From assembly GCA_963845755.1 (NCBI GenBank), contig CAWJTV010000041.1, forward strand, positions 480,001 to 544,000: DNA of 64,000 bases, in the 5' to 3' direction. How positions within the stretch are numbered: position 1 is the first letter of the stretch; every line of letters starts with the position of its first letter. Below are positions 1 to 8,799 of this stretch, piece by piece. A program made the position numbers and the translations under genes. A model generated the notes under the pieces. The model saw nothing but the letters and a program-made list of their open reading frames with translations. It did not search any database and had not been told where the DNA came from. Source of the stretch: an uncultured Planctomycetota bacterium. GTDB taxonomy: Bacteria > Planctomycetota > Planctomycetia > Isosphaerales > Isosphaeraceae.

Positions 1-847
1 AGCCGGCTCGGAGGCAACCGAGCGCCTGCTCCGCGACGCTCTGGCCCGGAATCCGCATCGGGACGTCCAGGGCATGGCCTGCTACTGGCTCGCCCGTTAC
101 CTCAAGGAGCGAGCCCAGTGGTCGCGCGAGGCGAAGCGGTCCAACGTCAACCCCTCATCATACGAACCCACTCACATCATCCGTCCGTTTCCCCTGGTCG
201 TGGAGGGTTGGGGGGCCGACTACATCGATCGGCTTCGCCGGCTTGATCCGGCCGCACTCGATCGGGAAGCCGAGGCACTCTTCACGCGGGTCGCCGCCGA
301 GTATGCCGATATTCCGAACAATGACAAAGACCAGCGCCCCCAGACGAGTACCCTGGGGACGGCCGCCCGCGCCGCCCTCCATGAAATGCGTCACCTGACC
401 ATCGGTAAGCCGGCTCCGGAAATCGAGGGCAAGGACCTCGACGGCCGTTCGTTCCGATTGAGCGACTATCGAGGCAAGGTCGTCGTCCTCGACTTCGGCA
501 GCCACTTCTTCTGCGGCTTCTGTCGGACGCTCTACCCCTCCGAACGGGAACTCGTCAAGCGGCTTCGAGACAAGCCTTTCGCGCTGGTCAGCATCAACGC
601 GGAACCGTCCAAAGACCGCGCGGAGCTGAAGAAAGCCTGGGTGGACGCGGGAAACACCTGGCGATGCGTTTGGGACGGAGATTACGAGGGACCGATCAAC
701 ACGGCCTGGGATATCCGGAGCTATCCCACGATCTACGTGCTGGATTACAACGGCGTGATCCGATATAAGAACATCTATGAAAAAGACCTGGATCAGGCCG
801 TGAATCAGCTCTTGCTGGAGCTGGAAGCATCGAGGAAGTCGCGGTAG
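1..847 (+). CDS. TlpA/redoxin-family thiol-disulfide oxidoreductase domain protein, 5'-truncated by the window edge
   Basis: Frame is open from base 2. C-terminal GKPAPEIEGKDLDG..LSDYRGKVVVLDF..CGFC (CxxC) and YPTIYVLD..GVIRY thioredoxin-like motifs. Confidence 0.85.
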   Translation, partial: AGSEATERLLRDALARNPHRDVQGMACYWLARYLKERAQWSREAKRSNVNPSSYEPTHIIRPFPLVVEGWGADYIDRLRRLDPAALDREAEALFTRVAAEYADIPNNDKDQRPQTSTLGTAARAALHEMRHLTIGKPAPEIEGKDLDGRSFRLSDYRGKVVVLDFGSHFFCGFCRTLYPSERELVKRLRDKPFALVSINAEPSKDRAELKKAWVDAGNTWRCVWDGDYEGPINTAWDIRSYPTIYVLDYNGVIRYKNIYEKDLDQAVNQLLLELEASRKSR

Positions 848-880
848 GAGTCTAATGAACACGAGGGTTCCTTCCGACAC

Positions 881-2175
881 TCAAGCTATGCCCTCCAGAG
901 ACGTGCGAACCTCGTGAACCGTGGTATAGCGGTCCTCTGGCGATTTGGAGAGACACTTCCGGCAAAGATCGCTGACGGGTTTCGGGAGTTCGGCGCGGAG
1001 GCTGATGGGCGGGATCACCGGTGCGGTACTGATGACGTCCGCCAGGATGTCCGGTAGCCTTCGACCGACCCAGGGCGGGCGACCGGTCAACAACGTGTAG
1101 AGGACCGCTCCGATCCCGTACACATCGGTTCTGATATCGATGGGACCCCAAGATCGCGAGGCTTGTTCGGGAGCCATGAACGGTGCGGTCCCTTCGATCT
1201 CGGCGGTCCACGGGGTGTGCTCGGTGAGCGATCGAGCCAAACCGAAATCGGTCACCTGGAGATGGCCATCCCCGTCGAGCAACAGATTAGCCGGTTTGAG
1301 GTCGCAATGGACGATGCCTCGGGCGTGCGCATGTTCGAGCGCATGGCAAGTCTCGATGGCCCAGCGGATGGCCTCCTCGGTGGAGATGACTCGGGTTGTA
1401 CGGAGGAATTCCAGGTTGGGTCCGGCGACCAGGTCCATGACGAGGAAATACGCGCCGGCGGGTGTGCGACCCAGTCCGTGGATTCCGACGATGCTGGGAT
1501 GACGTAGCCGGGCGATGGTCCTCGCTTCTCCGATGAAGCGATGAACTACGTCAGGTTGACCGAGAAACGTCTTGCGAAGGAATTTCACGGCAACCGCCCG
1601 GCTCTCGCTCTGTTGCCACGCCTGGTAAACTTTGCCCATCCGCCCCGCGCCAATCATGCGTTGAAGGAGGAAGTCCTGGTGTGCCAGCAGGGGACCGTCC
1701 CGAGTGGGGTCCGGCAGGTCTTCGGGTGGGAATGTCCGCCTCGAAGGAGGAAGCGGGATCTCACGAGGATCGGCCGACTCGTCCGCAAGCTCCCGGTCGA
1801 TTTGCAGCAGCTCTCTCCGGATCAGCTCTTGCCTTGCTGAGAATCGCGAGAGGAACTCCTCATGAGTGGGCCGATCGCCCCAGTGCCGCCGCACCCGGTA
1901 TTCTTCGCCGATGAGCTCGATCGGCCACTCGTCGAGCGAGCCTAACTCCGGGAACTTCGCGGCATAGCCCTCCAGCATCATTCGTTCGTCCGCGCGCCAG
2001 GCTTCCGCCACCGGAACTCCAGGTCGATGCCAATGAGCTCGATGAGCAAATGGCGTCGGTCCTGAGAGGTCAGTGCCGGCGGTTGGTCCAGGTAATCGGC
2101 GATCTCGACGGGACCATTCCGTTGCCAGTCCTCCTCGAAGCGGAGGATGTGCGATTCGAATGCGTCGTCAGGCAT
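881..2175 (-). CDS. Hanks-type Ser/Thr protein kinase, cytoplasmic; one frameshift near 1990-2000 (probable sequencing error)
   Basis: IGAGRMGKVY, VAVK, HCDLKPAN, DFG and GTAPFMAPE motifs in ORF 881..2011. N-terminus MPDDAFESHILRFEEDW..LIELIGIDLEFRWR lies in the adjacent frame and overlaps the sigma factor stop (ATGCCTGA). Confidence 0.9.
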
Positions 2176-2761
2176 CGTCCCGTCGCCCGGCCAGGATGTC
2201 GCGGATCTGACCGAGCGTGCGCCGGATGGTGCGCTCCGAACGCCCGGTATCCTCCACGATCTCGGAGAGCTGTGCTCCCTGTAACCGGAGCTCCAGCACG
2301 CGCCGCGCGAAAACACTCAGTTGCGAGAGGACCCATTCCAGCTCGTCGGCCAAAGCGACGGCCTCTTCCGGAGTGGGGTCCGAGTGCCGGTCGAGAAACC
2401 GGACCTCCTCGACCTGATCGAGGCGACATTCGGTGTCAACCGACCGGCGATCCGCACGTTCATGCCGGGCCTGACGGAGCAGCTTGTGCTTGGTGATGGA
2501 CGCCAGCAATCGCCAGAGATCGCCGCCGCGACCGAGCGTGAAGCGGCCGGCGCGTACGCCGACGAAGAAACTCCGATAGGCCGACAGCACGATGTCTTCC
2601 GGATCGGTCCGGCGCGCCAGGCGAGTCGAGAGCCGGCTCCGGGCCAGCAGGGTCAGCCGTTCGAAATAGCGGGCGAACAACGCGTCCGCAGCCCGGTCAT
2701 CGCCGTCGCGAAATCGTTCCAGCAGAACGAGGGACGTCCAGCCGGCTGGGGTCTCGCCCAT
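2168..2761 (-). CDS. ECF sigma-70 factor, kinase-associated planctomycete type
   Basis: LLERFRDGDDRAADALFARY, DPEDIVLSAYRSF (region 2) and RRVLELRLQG..EIVEDTGRSERTIRR (region 4 HTH). Coupled to the kinase. Confidence 0.9.
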   Translation of the reverse strand: MGETPAGWTSLVLLERFRDGDDRAADALFARYFERLTLLARSRLSTRLARRTDPEDIVLSAYRSFFVGVRAGRFTLGRGGDLWRLLASITKHKLLRQARHERADRRSVDTECRLDQVEEVRFLDRHSDPTPEEAVALADELEWVLSQLSVFARRVLELRLQGAQLSEIVEDTGRSERTIRRTLGQIRDILAGRRDDA

Positions 2762-2873
2762 CGTCTTCTCCCGATTCTGACGAATTCCGATGGATTCCTG
2801 GCCGCTTGTATCGACGAGAAGGCATTACCTGAAAGCCAGCGGAAATCCTGTTCCATTCCTTCAGGAGCGAGTC

Positions 2874-3164
2874 ATGGCCTACGTGGTGACGGAACCGTGC
2901 TTCGGTTGCAAGTACACGGATTGTGTCGTCGTGTGCCCTTGTGACTGCTTTCGCGAGGGCGACGCCATGTTGTTCATCGATCCCGACGAGTGCATTGATT
3001 GCGATGCGTGTCTTCCCGAGTGTCCTGTCGAGGCTATCTTCCAAGAAGACAACGTGCCAGAGGTGTGGAGAGATTTCGTGACGCTGAATCGGGAGATGGC
3101 CGGGAGTTGTCCTCCCATTACGGATCGGAAGGAGCCGCTTGCGAATCGTGGTGCATCGTCTTGA
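2874..3164 (+). CDS. fdxA: 7Fe-type (FdxA-like) ferredoxin
   Basis: MAYVVTEPCFGCKYTDCVVVCPCDCF..IDPDECIDCDACLPECPVEAI; AGGAG RBS before ATG 2874. Confidence 0.92.
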   Translation: MAYVVTEPCFGCKYTDCVVVCPCDCFREGDAMLFIDPDECIDCDACLPECPVEAIFQEDNVPEVWRDFVTLNREMAGSCPPITDRKEPLANRGASS

Positions 3165-3257
3165 CGACGTCCCCGGTTCGCTGGTCTGTGCGAACCGGCG
3201 TTGCAGCCGTATGATGAGGGAGGTGAGCAAACGCGACTCGGGAGGGAAGGCATTCCC

Positions 3258-3984
3258 ATGCCGCTACTCGACCATTTCCACTCGCCTCTGGCCCCGCGAC
3301 GGCACTGGGAATCGTTCCACGTCAACTGGGCCGGGGCCATCGCCGACGCCTTGAACGAAACCCTGTTGCCCGAGGGCTATTTCGCCGAGGAGCATGCGCA
3401 GCTCGGCCCTTGGGTCGAGATCGACGTGGCCACCTTCACCGATTCGGAATCAACCGGGCACCGAGCCGGCGGAACAGCCACCTTACCTCCCCGGGTCTGG
3501 GTTCCTCCTGCTCCGGCGATGGTCGCCCCGGCCGCATTTCCCGACGCTTTCGAAGTCCTGGTGTTTGAAAACGAGGGCGGGGCCCGGCTGGTGGCGGCGA
3601 TCGAGCTGGTCAGCCCCGGCAACAAGGATCGCACCGCGCATCGCCAGGCGTTCGTGGTCGAGTGCGCCAGCTATCTGTGCCGGGGGATCAGTCTCATCGT
3701 CATCGATATCGTCACCAGCCGGCGCGCGAACCTGCATAATGAGATCCTGCGGGTTCTTGGCCATGATCGAAGCCTTTGCCATGCCGGCGGAGGCCACCCT
3801 TTATGGAGTCGCGTATCGGCCGGTCGTCCGCGAGGGGCAGGAACAGATCGAGATGTGGCCGACGGCACTGGAAATCGGTCAGCCCTTGCCGGTGCTGCCG
3901 CTGGCGCTCAATGCCGAGTTCGCTCTCCCGATCGATTTGGAGGCGACTTACACCGTCGCCTGCCAGAGACGACGGCTGGTATGA
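3258..3984 (+). CDS. DUF4058 family protein; frameshift near 3760
   Basis: MPLLDHFH..HWESFH..W, LVAAIELVSPGNK; C-terminus LPVLPLAL..PIDLEATY continues in the next frame. Confidence 0.8.
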
Positions 3985-4091
3985 CGAGGATGCCACCCTG
4001 CTCTGGGCGAAGGCTCGCTCACCTCGTATGATGATTCCGGGCGAAGAGATGATGACTCCCAGCGGGCAAGGCCATGTCTTCCGGACTCTTG

Positions 4092-4831
4092 ATGGAAAGT
4101 CTGACAAATGACGAACTCCCGGCCTTGCCGGTGATCGCGATCTCCCCACAGCATCACCAGCGGCTCAAACCCCTGGCGGGCAAGCCGGCCGGGACGCTCC
4201 TGATCCACGAGATCTACCGCAGCCTGCAAGGCGAGAGCACGTTCGCCGGTCTGCCCTGCATCTTCATCCGGCTGACCGCTTGCCACCTGCGTTGCGTCTA
4301 CTGCGACACGCCGCACGCCTTCAACCAGGGAGAGGTTCTTAGCCTCGATCAGGTCCTGACCCGCGCCCTGGAACTCGGCGACAACCTGGTCGAGCTGACC
4401 GGTGGTGAGCCGCTCTTGCAGCCCGAGGTCTATCCGCTCATGACCCGGCTCGCCGATGCCGGCAAGACCGTGTTGCTCGAGACCAGCGGCGCGATCGACA
4501 CCGTCGCGGTCGATCCCCGGGTGCGGATCATCCTCGACGTCAAGACGCCGGGCTCGGGCGAGGTCGAGGCCAATGTCTGGAGCAATCTAGATCGGCTCAA
4601 GGCGATCGACGAGGTCAAAGTGGTGATCTGCGATCGTCGCGACTTCGACTGGGCCGCCGATCTGATCGGCGCAAGACGGCTGACTGAACGATGCCCGGTG
4701 CTCCTGAGTGCGTCGTTCGGTCAGGTCAACCCGACCGATCTGGCCGCGTGGATCCTCGAAACCCGCCTGCCCGTCCGGCTGCAACTCCAGCAGCACAAGA
4801 TCCTGTGGGGTCCGAAGGCCCGGGGGTCTGA
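4092..4831 (+). CDS. queE: 7-carboxy-7-deazaguanine synthase (radical SAM)
   Basis: EIYRSLQGE, CHLRCVYCDT (CxxxCxxC), LTGGEPLLQ, LETSG, QLQQHKILW. One extra G in the G5 run at 4822-4826 gives the usual ..ARGV* end (TGA 4829-4831). Confidence 0.88.
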
Positions 4832-4869
4832 TCCTCGTCCGGTTTCGTCGAGCACGACCGTGTCCCGCC

Positions 4870-5103
4870 TCACCAGCCGAGACCCGACCGTAAGCCGATC
4901 CATTCATGGACCACCAGCATGGTGGCCACGTAGCCGAGCAACCGGAGCAAGATCGCCGACAGGTTGCCCGCGAGCTGGTGCGCGTCTTTCGGTGAGGTCA
5001 GCCGGCGGACCCCACTCGGGATGGCGATCGCACCGCCGACCAGCAAGAGCAGCAGGATCGGCACAAGTTCCCAGGCCTCCTTGATCCAACTCCCCGAAGC
5101 CAT
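4870..5103 (-). CDS. Small two-helix membrane protein (77 aa), function unknown
   Basis: Two hydrophobic segments; GGAG upstream; converges on queE. Confidence 0.6.
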   Translation of the reverse strand: MASGSWIKEAWELVPILLLLLVGGAIAIPSGVRRLTSPKDAHQLAGNLSAILLRLLGYVATMLVVHEWIGLRSGLGW

Positions 5104-5173
5104 GACAGTTCAATCTCCCGGACAGGTTGACGTGAGTGCAAATCCGATCGGTGGAAACGGTGCAGTCTGGTAG

Positions 5174-5190
5174 GGCAAACGGCGCGCCGA
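5174..5190 (-). promoter_or_regulatory. Possible sigma54 (-24/-12) promoter for the 77-aa gene
   Basis: Minus strand TCGGCGCGCCGTTTGCC = GG-N10-GC with TTGC, about 70 bp upstream of the ATG; AT-rich tract further upstream. Confidence 0.35.
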
Positions 5191-5373
5191 TCCGCGTCAG
5201 CGGCATTTTAACCTGCGTTCTTGAAAGTAAAAGTACCTCATGAGTGCCGTCGCGGGGGGAAAATGCACTTTTTTCAACAATGTCAAGGTTGCCGGCGCGA
5301 AATTCCGAGGGCTGGGCAAAAATTGCCGGTTGTGCCGATGGTCGGAGTCGGTGAACTGCGCGCGAATAGTCTG

Positions 5374-5451
5374 TCCCGGAAGCCTCAACGGCCGTCTCGT
5401 AGGGTGCTCTGTGAGCACCGAATTCGGCAAAGTCCCCCGGATCGGTGCTCA
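5374..5451. repeat. First copy of a ~99-bp tandem GTAG REPIN unit, split by the IS (remainder at 6915-6937)
   Basis: Identical to 6936-7013. Joining 5451 to 6915 restores the intact arm CGGTGCTCAGAGAGCACCCTAC. Confidence 0.9.
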
Positions 5452-6914
5452 GGGAACGCCGACGAAATAACATCCCCATTTCAGGGTGCCAAACTGCTGT
5501 TCGCCATGAGAACCTAGGTAAGATAGGAAGATCCAGGCTGTTCCTGGGCGCGCGACCCGTCTGCCTCCCCGCGATGTCGGTTTTCGGAGGGCCCTTCTGG
5601 TCCCGGGGGGGCGTGCGGTGGTATAGCGAGGATTGTTCCGTATCTGGGTCTTTAGCCGGAGGCCAATCATGTCGCCTTATTCCCCGGACGTCGAGCGGAC
5701 CATGAGAGCATTCTACCATTCCTTGCGCGAGAATGATCGGCGACGGTATGCGGCGGTCGAGGCGGCCAAGTTGGGTCACGGCGGGGTCGAGTACATCGCC
5801 AAGGTCTTGGGCGTCGATCCCAAGACCATTCGTCACGGCCAGCGCGACCTCGAGGATCTCCCCGCCGAACCCGCTCCGCAGGTCCGCCAGCCCGGCGGGG
5901 GGCGGAGACGGCGGCTCGATCAAGACCCCGAGATCACCAACAACTTCCACAAGGTCCTCCTCGATCGCACCGCCGGCAGCCCAACCGCGGAGTCCCTGAT
6001 CTGGACCAACTTGACCAAGATCGAAATCGCAGGTGGCATGCGAGAGTGTGGAAGCTTTGTCAGTGTGCATATCGTCAGCCAACTGCTCGATCAGGAAGGT
6101 TTCCATGAACGCAAAGCCCTGCGCATGGAACCGCTGAGCCGCCACCCCGAGCGAGACCACCAATTCCAGACGATCGGCCGGCTCAAGGGGGAATACCTCG
6201 ACTCCCCCCACCCGGTCCTGAGCATGGACCTGAAATCCCGAGAACGGCTCGGCAACTTCTTCCGCGCCGGCACGCTCCAGACGCGACAGACGATCCGGGT
6301 GTTCGACCACGACTTCGACGAGTTCGCCGAGGGACTCGTGTTGCCCCACGGGATCTACGACCTCAAGCAGAATCGCGGATACATCCACCTAGGCACGAGT
6401 CATGATACCAGCGAATTCGCGTGCGACTGCGTCAAGGACTGGTGGGACCGATTCGGCAACGCGGTCTACCCGCAGGCGACGTCGCTGCTGCTGCTCTGCG
6501 ATGGCGGCGGGAGCAACCCGGCGGACAACGACCGCTACCAGCAGCACTTGTTCCGGGCCGACTTGCAACGCCTGGCCAACGACCTGGAGTTGGAGATCCG
6601 GGTGGCGCACTATCCGCCGTACGCCTCGAAGTTCAACCCGATCGAACATCGCCTGTTCCCCCACCTGACGCGGGTCTGCAAGGGCGTCATCCTGCACAAC
6701 ATCGACTGGGTCGCCGAACTGATGAGGAAAGCCACGACGCGGACGGGCCTGACGGTTCAAGTTGACATCCTGGACAAGGTCTATCAACTCGGCCGAAAGG
6801 TCAGCGAAACCGCCAAGGATGCCGTGAAGTTGCTCCGGGACGCCATCCTGCCACGCTGGAACTACCGCATTTTACCCAATGTGTGAAGTCGGGAAGTTAT
6901 TTCGTCGGTGTTCC
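5452..6914 (+). mobile_element. ISAzo13-family insertion sequence
   Basis: 24-bp terminal inverted repeats GGAACGCCGACGAAATAACATCCC (5453-5476) and GGGAAGTTATTTCGTCGGTGTTCC (6891-6914), 22/24 match, flanking a single transposase. Confidence 0.92.
5669..6886 (+). CDS. ISAzo13-family (Rhodopirellula-type) DDE transposase
   Basis: RRRYAAVEA..LGHGG, SMDLK, HDT.EFA.D, LLCDGGGSN, HYPPYASKFNPIEHRLF, WNYRI; GGAGG RBS. Confidence 0.93.
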   Translation: MSPYSPDVERTMRAFYHSLRENDRRRYAAVEAAKLGHGGVEYIAKVLGVDPKTIRHGQRDLEDLPAEPAPQVRQPGGGRRRRLDQDPEITNNFHKVLLDRTAGSPTAESLIWTNLTKIEIAGGMRECGSFVSVHIVSQLLDQEGFHERKALRMEPLSRHPERDHQFQTIGRLKGEYLDSPHPVLSMDLKSRERLGNFFRAGTLQTRQTIRVFDHDFDEFAEGLVLPHGIYDLKQNRGYIHLGTSHDTSEFACDCVKDWWDRFGNAVYPQATSLLLLCDGGGSNPADNDRYQQHLFRADLQRLANDLELEIRVAHYPPYASKFNPIEHRLFPHLTRVCKGVILHNIDWVAELMRKATTRTGLTVQVDILDKVYQLGRKVSETAKDAVKLLRDAILPRWNYRILPNV

Positions 6915-6935
6915 GAGAGCACCCTACAAAGACCT

Positions 6936-7037
6936 TCCCGGAAGCCTCAACGGCCGTCTCGTAGGGTGCTCTGTGAGCACCGAATTCGGCAAAGTCCCCC
7001 GGATCGGTGCTCAGAGAGCACCCTACAAAGACCTTCC
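6936..7037. repeat. Intact GTAG-family REPIN (inverted REP doublet, core 6961-7026)
   Basis: GTAGGGTGCTCTGTGAGCACCG-N22-CGGTGCTCAGAGAGCACCCTAC; each arm is itself a hairpin. Confidence 0.88.
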
Positions 7038-7060
7038 GAGACAGTCGCTAAGACGGGTGG

Positions 7061-7870
7061 TCAGAGAGTCTCATCAGGTGGGAGCCGGAAGAGTCTCCGC
7101 GCGTTGTCTGTCGTGATCTGCGCGAGCTCCTCGGGAGCCAGGCCACGGATCTCGGCCAGGCGCCGGGCGGTCAGTGCGACCCGCGCCGGCTCGTTGTTGC
7201 GGCCGCGGAAGGGATGGGGGCTCAGATAGGGGCTGTCCGTCTCGACGAGGATCCGGTCGAGGGGGACTCGGGCGGCGATTTCGCGGAGGGCGTCGAGACT
7301 CTTGTTCGTGTAGGTCAGCATGCCAGCGAAGGAGAGATCCAGGCCCAGGTCCAGGAACGCCCGGGCATCGTCCCAGGTCCCGGTGAAGGAGTGCTGGACC
7401 CCGCGGACCGGACGGCCCAGCTCTCGCAACTGCTCGATCAAATCGCGCTGACAGTCGCGGCAGTGGATCACCACCGGCAGGTCGAGCCAATGCGCCAGCT
7501 CCAGGTGACGGCCGAACCACTCCTGCTGGATCGCGAACGGTGTGCGGTCCCAGTATCGGTCGAGGCCGGTCTCCCCGATCGCGACAACCCCCGGCTGTCC
7601 GGTCAGCTCGACGACGAGGGGCCAGTCCGGCTCGCCGGCTTCGGCCGCGTGATTGGGGTGGATCCCCACGGCCGCGAAAAGGCCCCGATGCGCCCGGGCC
7701 AGGTCCACGACGGCCGCGCTGTCGGCGGCTGTCGTGCCGATCGCCACGGCTTGCACAACCCCGGCCTGCCGCGCACGCTCCAGGACCCCGTCCCAATCAC
7801 TGCGCAGCCGCGAGTCGTCCAGATGCGCGTGGGTGTCGATGAGCGGGAATAGAGCGGCTGTTGCGGTCAT
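7061..7870 (-). CDS. tatD: TatD family hydrolase
   Basis: IDTHAHLD, AVGIHP, AIGETGLD, VIHCRD, HSFTG, LVETDSPYLSP, NEP. Confidence 0.93.
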   Translation of the reverse strand: MTATAALFPLIDTHAHLDDSRLRSDWDGVLERARQAGVVQAVAIGTTAADSAAVVDLARAHRGLFAAVGIHPNHAAEAGEPDWPLVVELTGQPGVVAIGETGLDRYWDRTPFAIQQEWFGRHLELAHWLDLPVVIHCRDCQRDLIEQLRELGRPVRGVQHSFTGTWDDARAFLDLGLDLSFAGMLTYTNKSLDALREIAARVPLDRILVETDSPYLSPHPFRGRNNEPARVALTARRLAEIRGLAPEELAQITTDNARRLFRLPPDETL

Positions 7871-8334
7871 CAGTTGACGAGCCCGTCCTGATAGCCCACG
7901 AGTTCCAGGCGGTATCCGGTTACCTGGAACCCCTGGCGGCTGAGATAGTCCGAGAGCTGGGGATCGAGCTTGTCGATCAGGCTGGGGTCAAACCGCGTGG
8001 GCAGGTCGTGCACCGCTCCGGTCCGCAAACAACGGAAGTGATAGTGGAGGTCGCGGCGGGCGTCATAGCGGGCGCTGGTGTCGCCGGAGCCGGCCCCCGC
8101 GGTGAGCTTGGCCGCGATGCCGGTGGCTACCAGGGCCTCCAGGGCCTTGTACACGGTGGCCAGGCTGATCTTGGGGATCACAGAGCGGACGGCGTGGTAC
8201 ACCTCCTCGGCCGTGGGATGGTGTGCCGCCCGGGTCAAGGAGTCGTAGACGGCCAGCCGCTGGGGCGTGCAGCGGAAGCCCGCCCCTTCCAGGACCCTGC
8301 GCAACGACTGGTGATCCAGCAGGACAGTCTGCAT
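7870..8334 (-). CDS. Fur/PerR family transcriptional regulator
   Basis: TPQRLAVY, HPTAEEVY, ISLATVYKALEAL, HYHF.C; TGATG overlap with tatD. Confidence 0.9.
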   Translation of the reverse strand: MQTVLLDHQSLRRVLEGAGFRCTPQRLAVYDSLTRAAHHPTAEEVYHAVRSVIPKISLATVYKALEALVATGIAAKLTAGAGSGDTSARYDARRDLHYHFRCLRTGAVHDLPTRFDPSLIDKLDPQLSDYLSRQGFQVTGYRLELVGYQDGLVN

Positions 8335-8435
8335 CGCTCGTGTCGAGGCCTCCGATGGGGTTCGACCCCTCGACGGGCCGGAAACCGCCGGCCTCGGCAG
8401 TCCCGGCCGCAATCCCTTCAAGCAATCGCCCTTCC

Positions 8436-8478
8436 ATTGTTAGGCCGCTTGACAGCCCTGTCAACTACGTGTTAGATT
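8436..8478. promoter_or_regulatory. Overlapping divergent sigma70-type promoters (nusA and fur)
   Basis: Palindrome TTGACAG-CC-CTGTCAA (8449-8464) puts TTGACA on both strands. Plus strand: TGnTAGATT (8470-8478). Minus strand: AACAAT at 17-bp spacing. Confidence 0.6.
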
Positions 8479-8799
8479 GAGCGCTTGGGCCGGGGTCGGA
8501 GACACTGTCGAATCGGGCTCGGCCCTTTCGGGGCTTGGTTCGCTCCCTGCGCCAGAATCCTTCTCCCGGCTTCACCGCCAGGAACGGATGGAAGCGTGCG
8601 GCCTGGGCCATCGCGGGTCTTTCTCCCGGACTCCATGCCAGGAGCGGATGGAAACGATCGAAACACCGCGGTCAGGTCCTCCCAGCCCCGGCAATCGAGG
8701 GGGCTCGGAGTCCTCGCGGTTGTTGTCATCCCGCCCCGGTCGGGCATCCCGCCTGCCGGGGGCCCAGCGCCCTGAGTGAGCACGCCTCGGAGGAGAGGA

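Noticed and set aside
4831..5084. C-terminal extension of QueE
   Set aside because: Explained by one missing G in a homopolymer; the extension overlaps a plausible opposite-strand gene.
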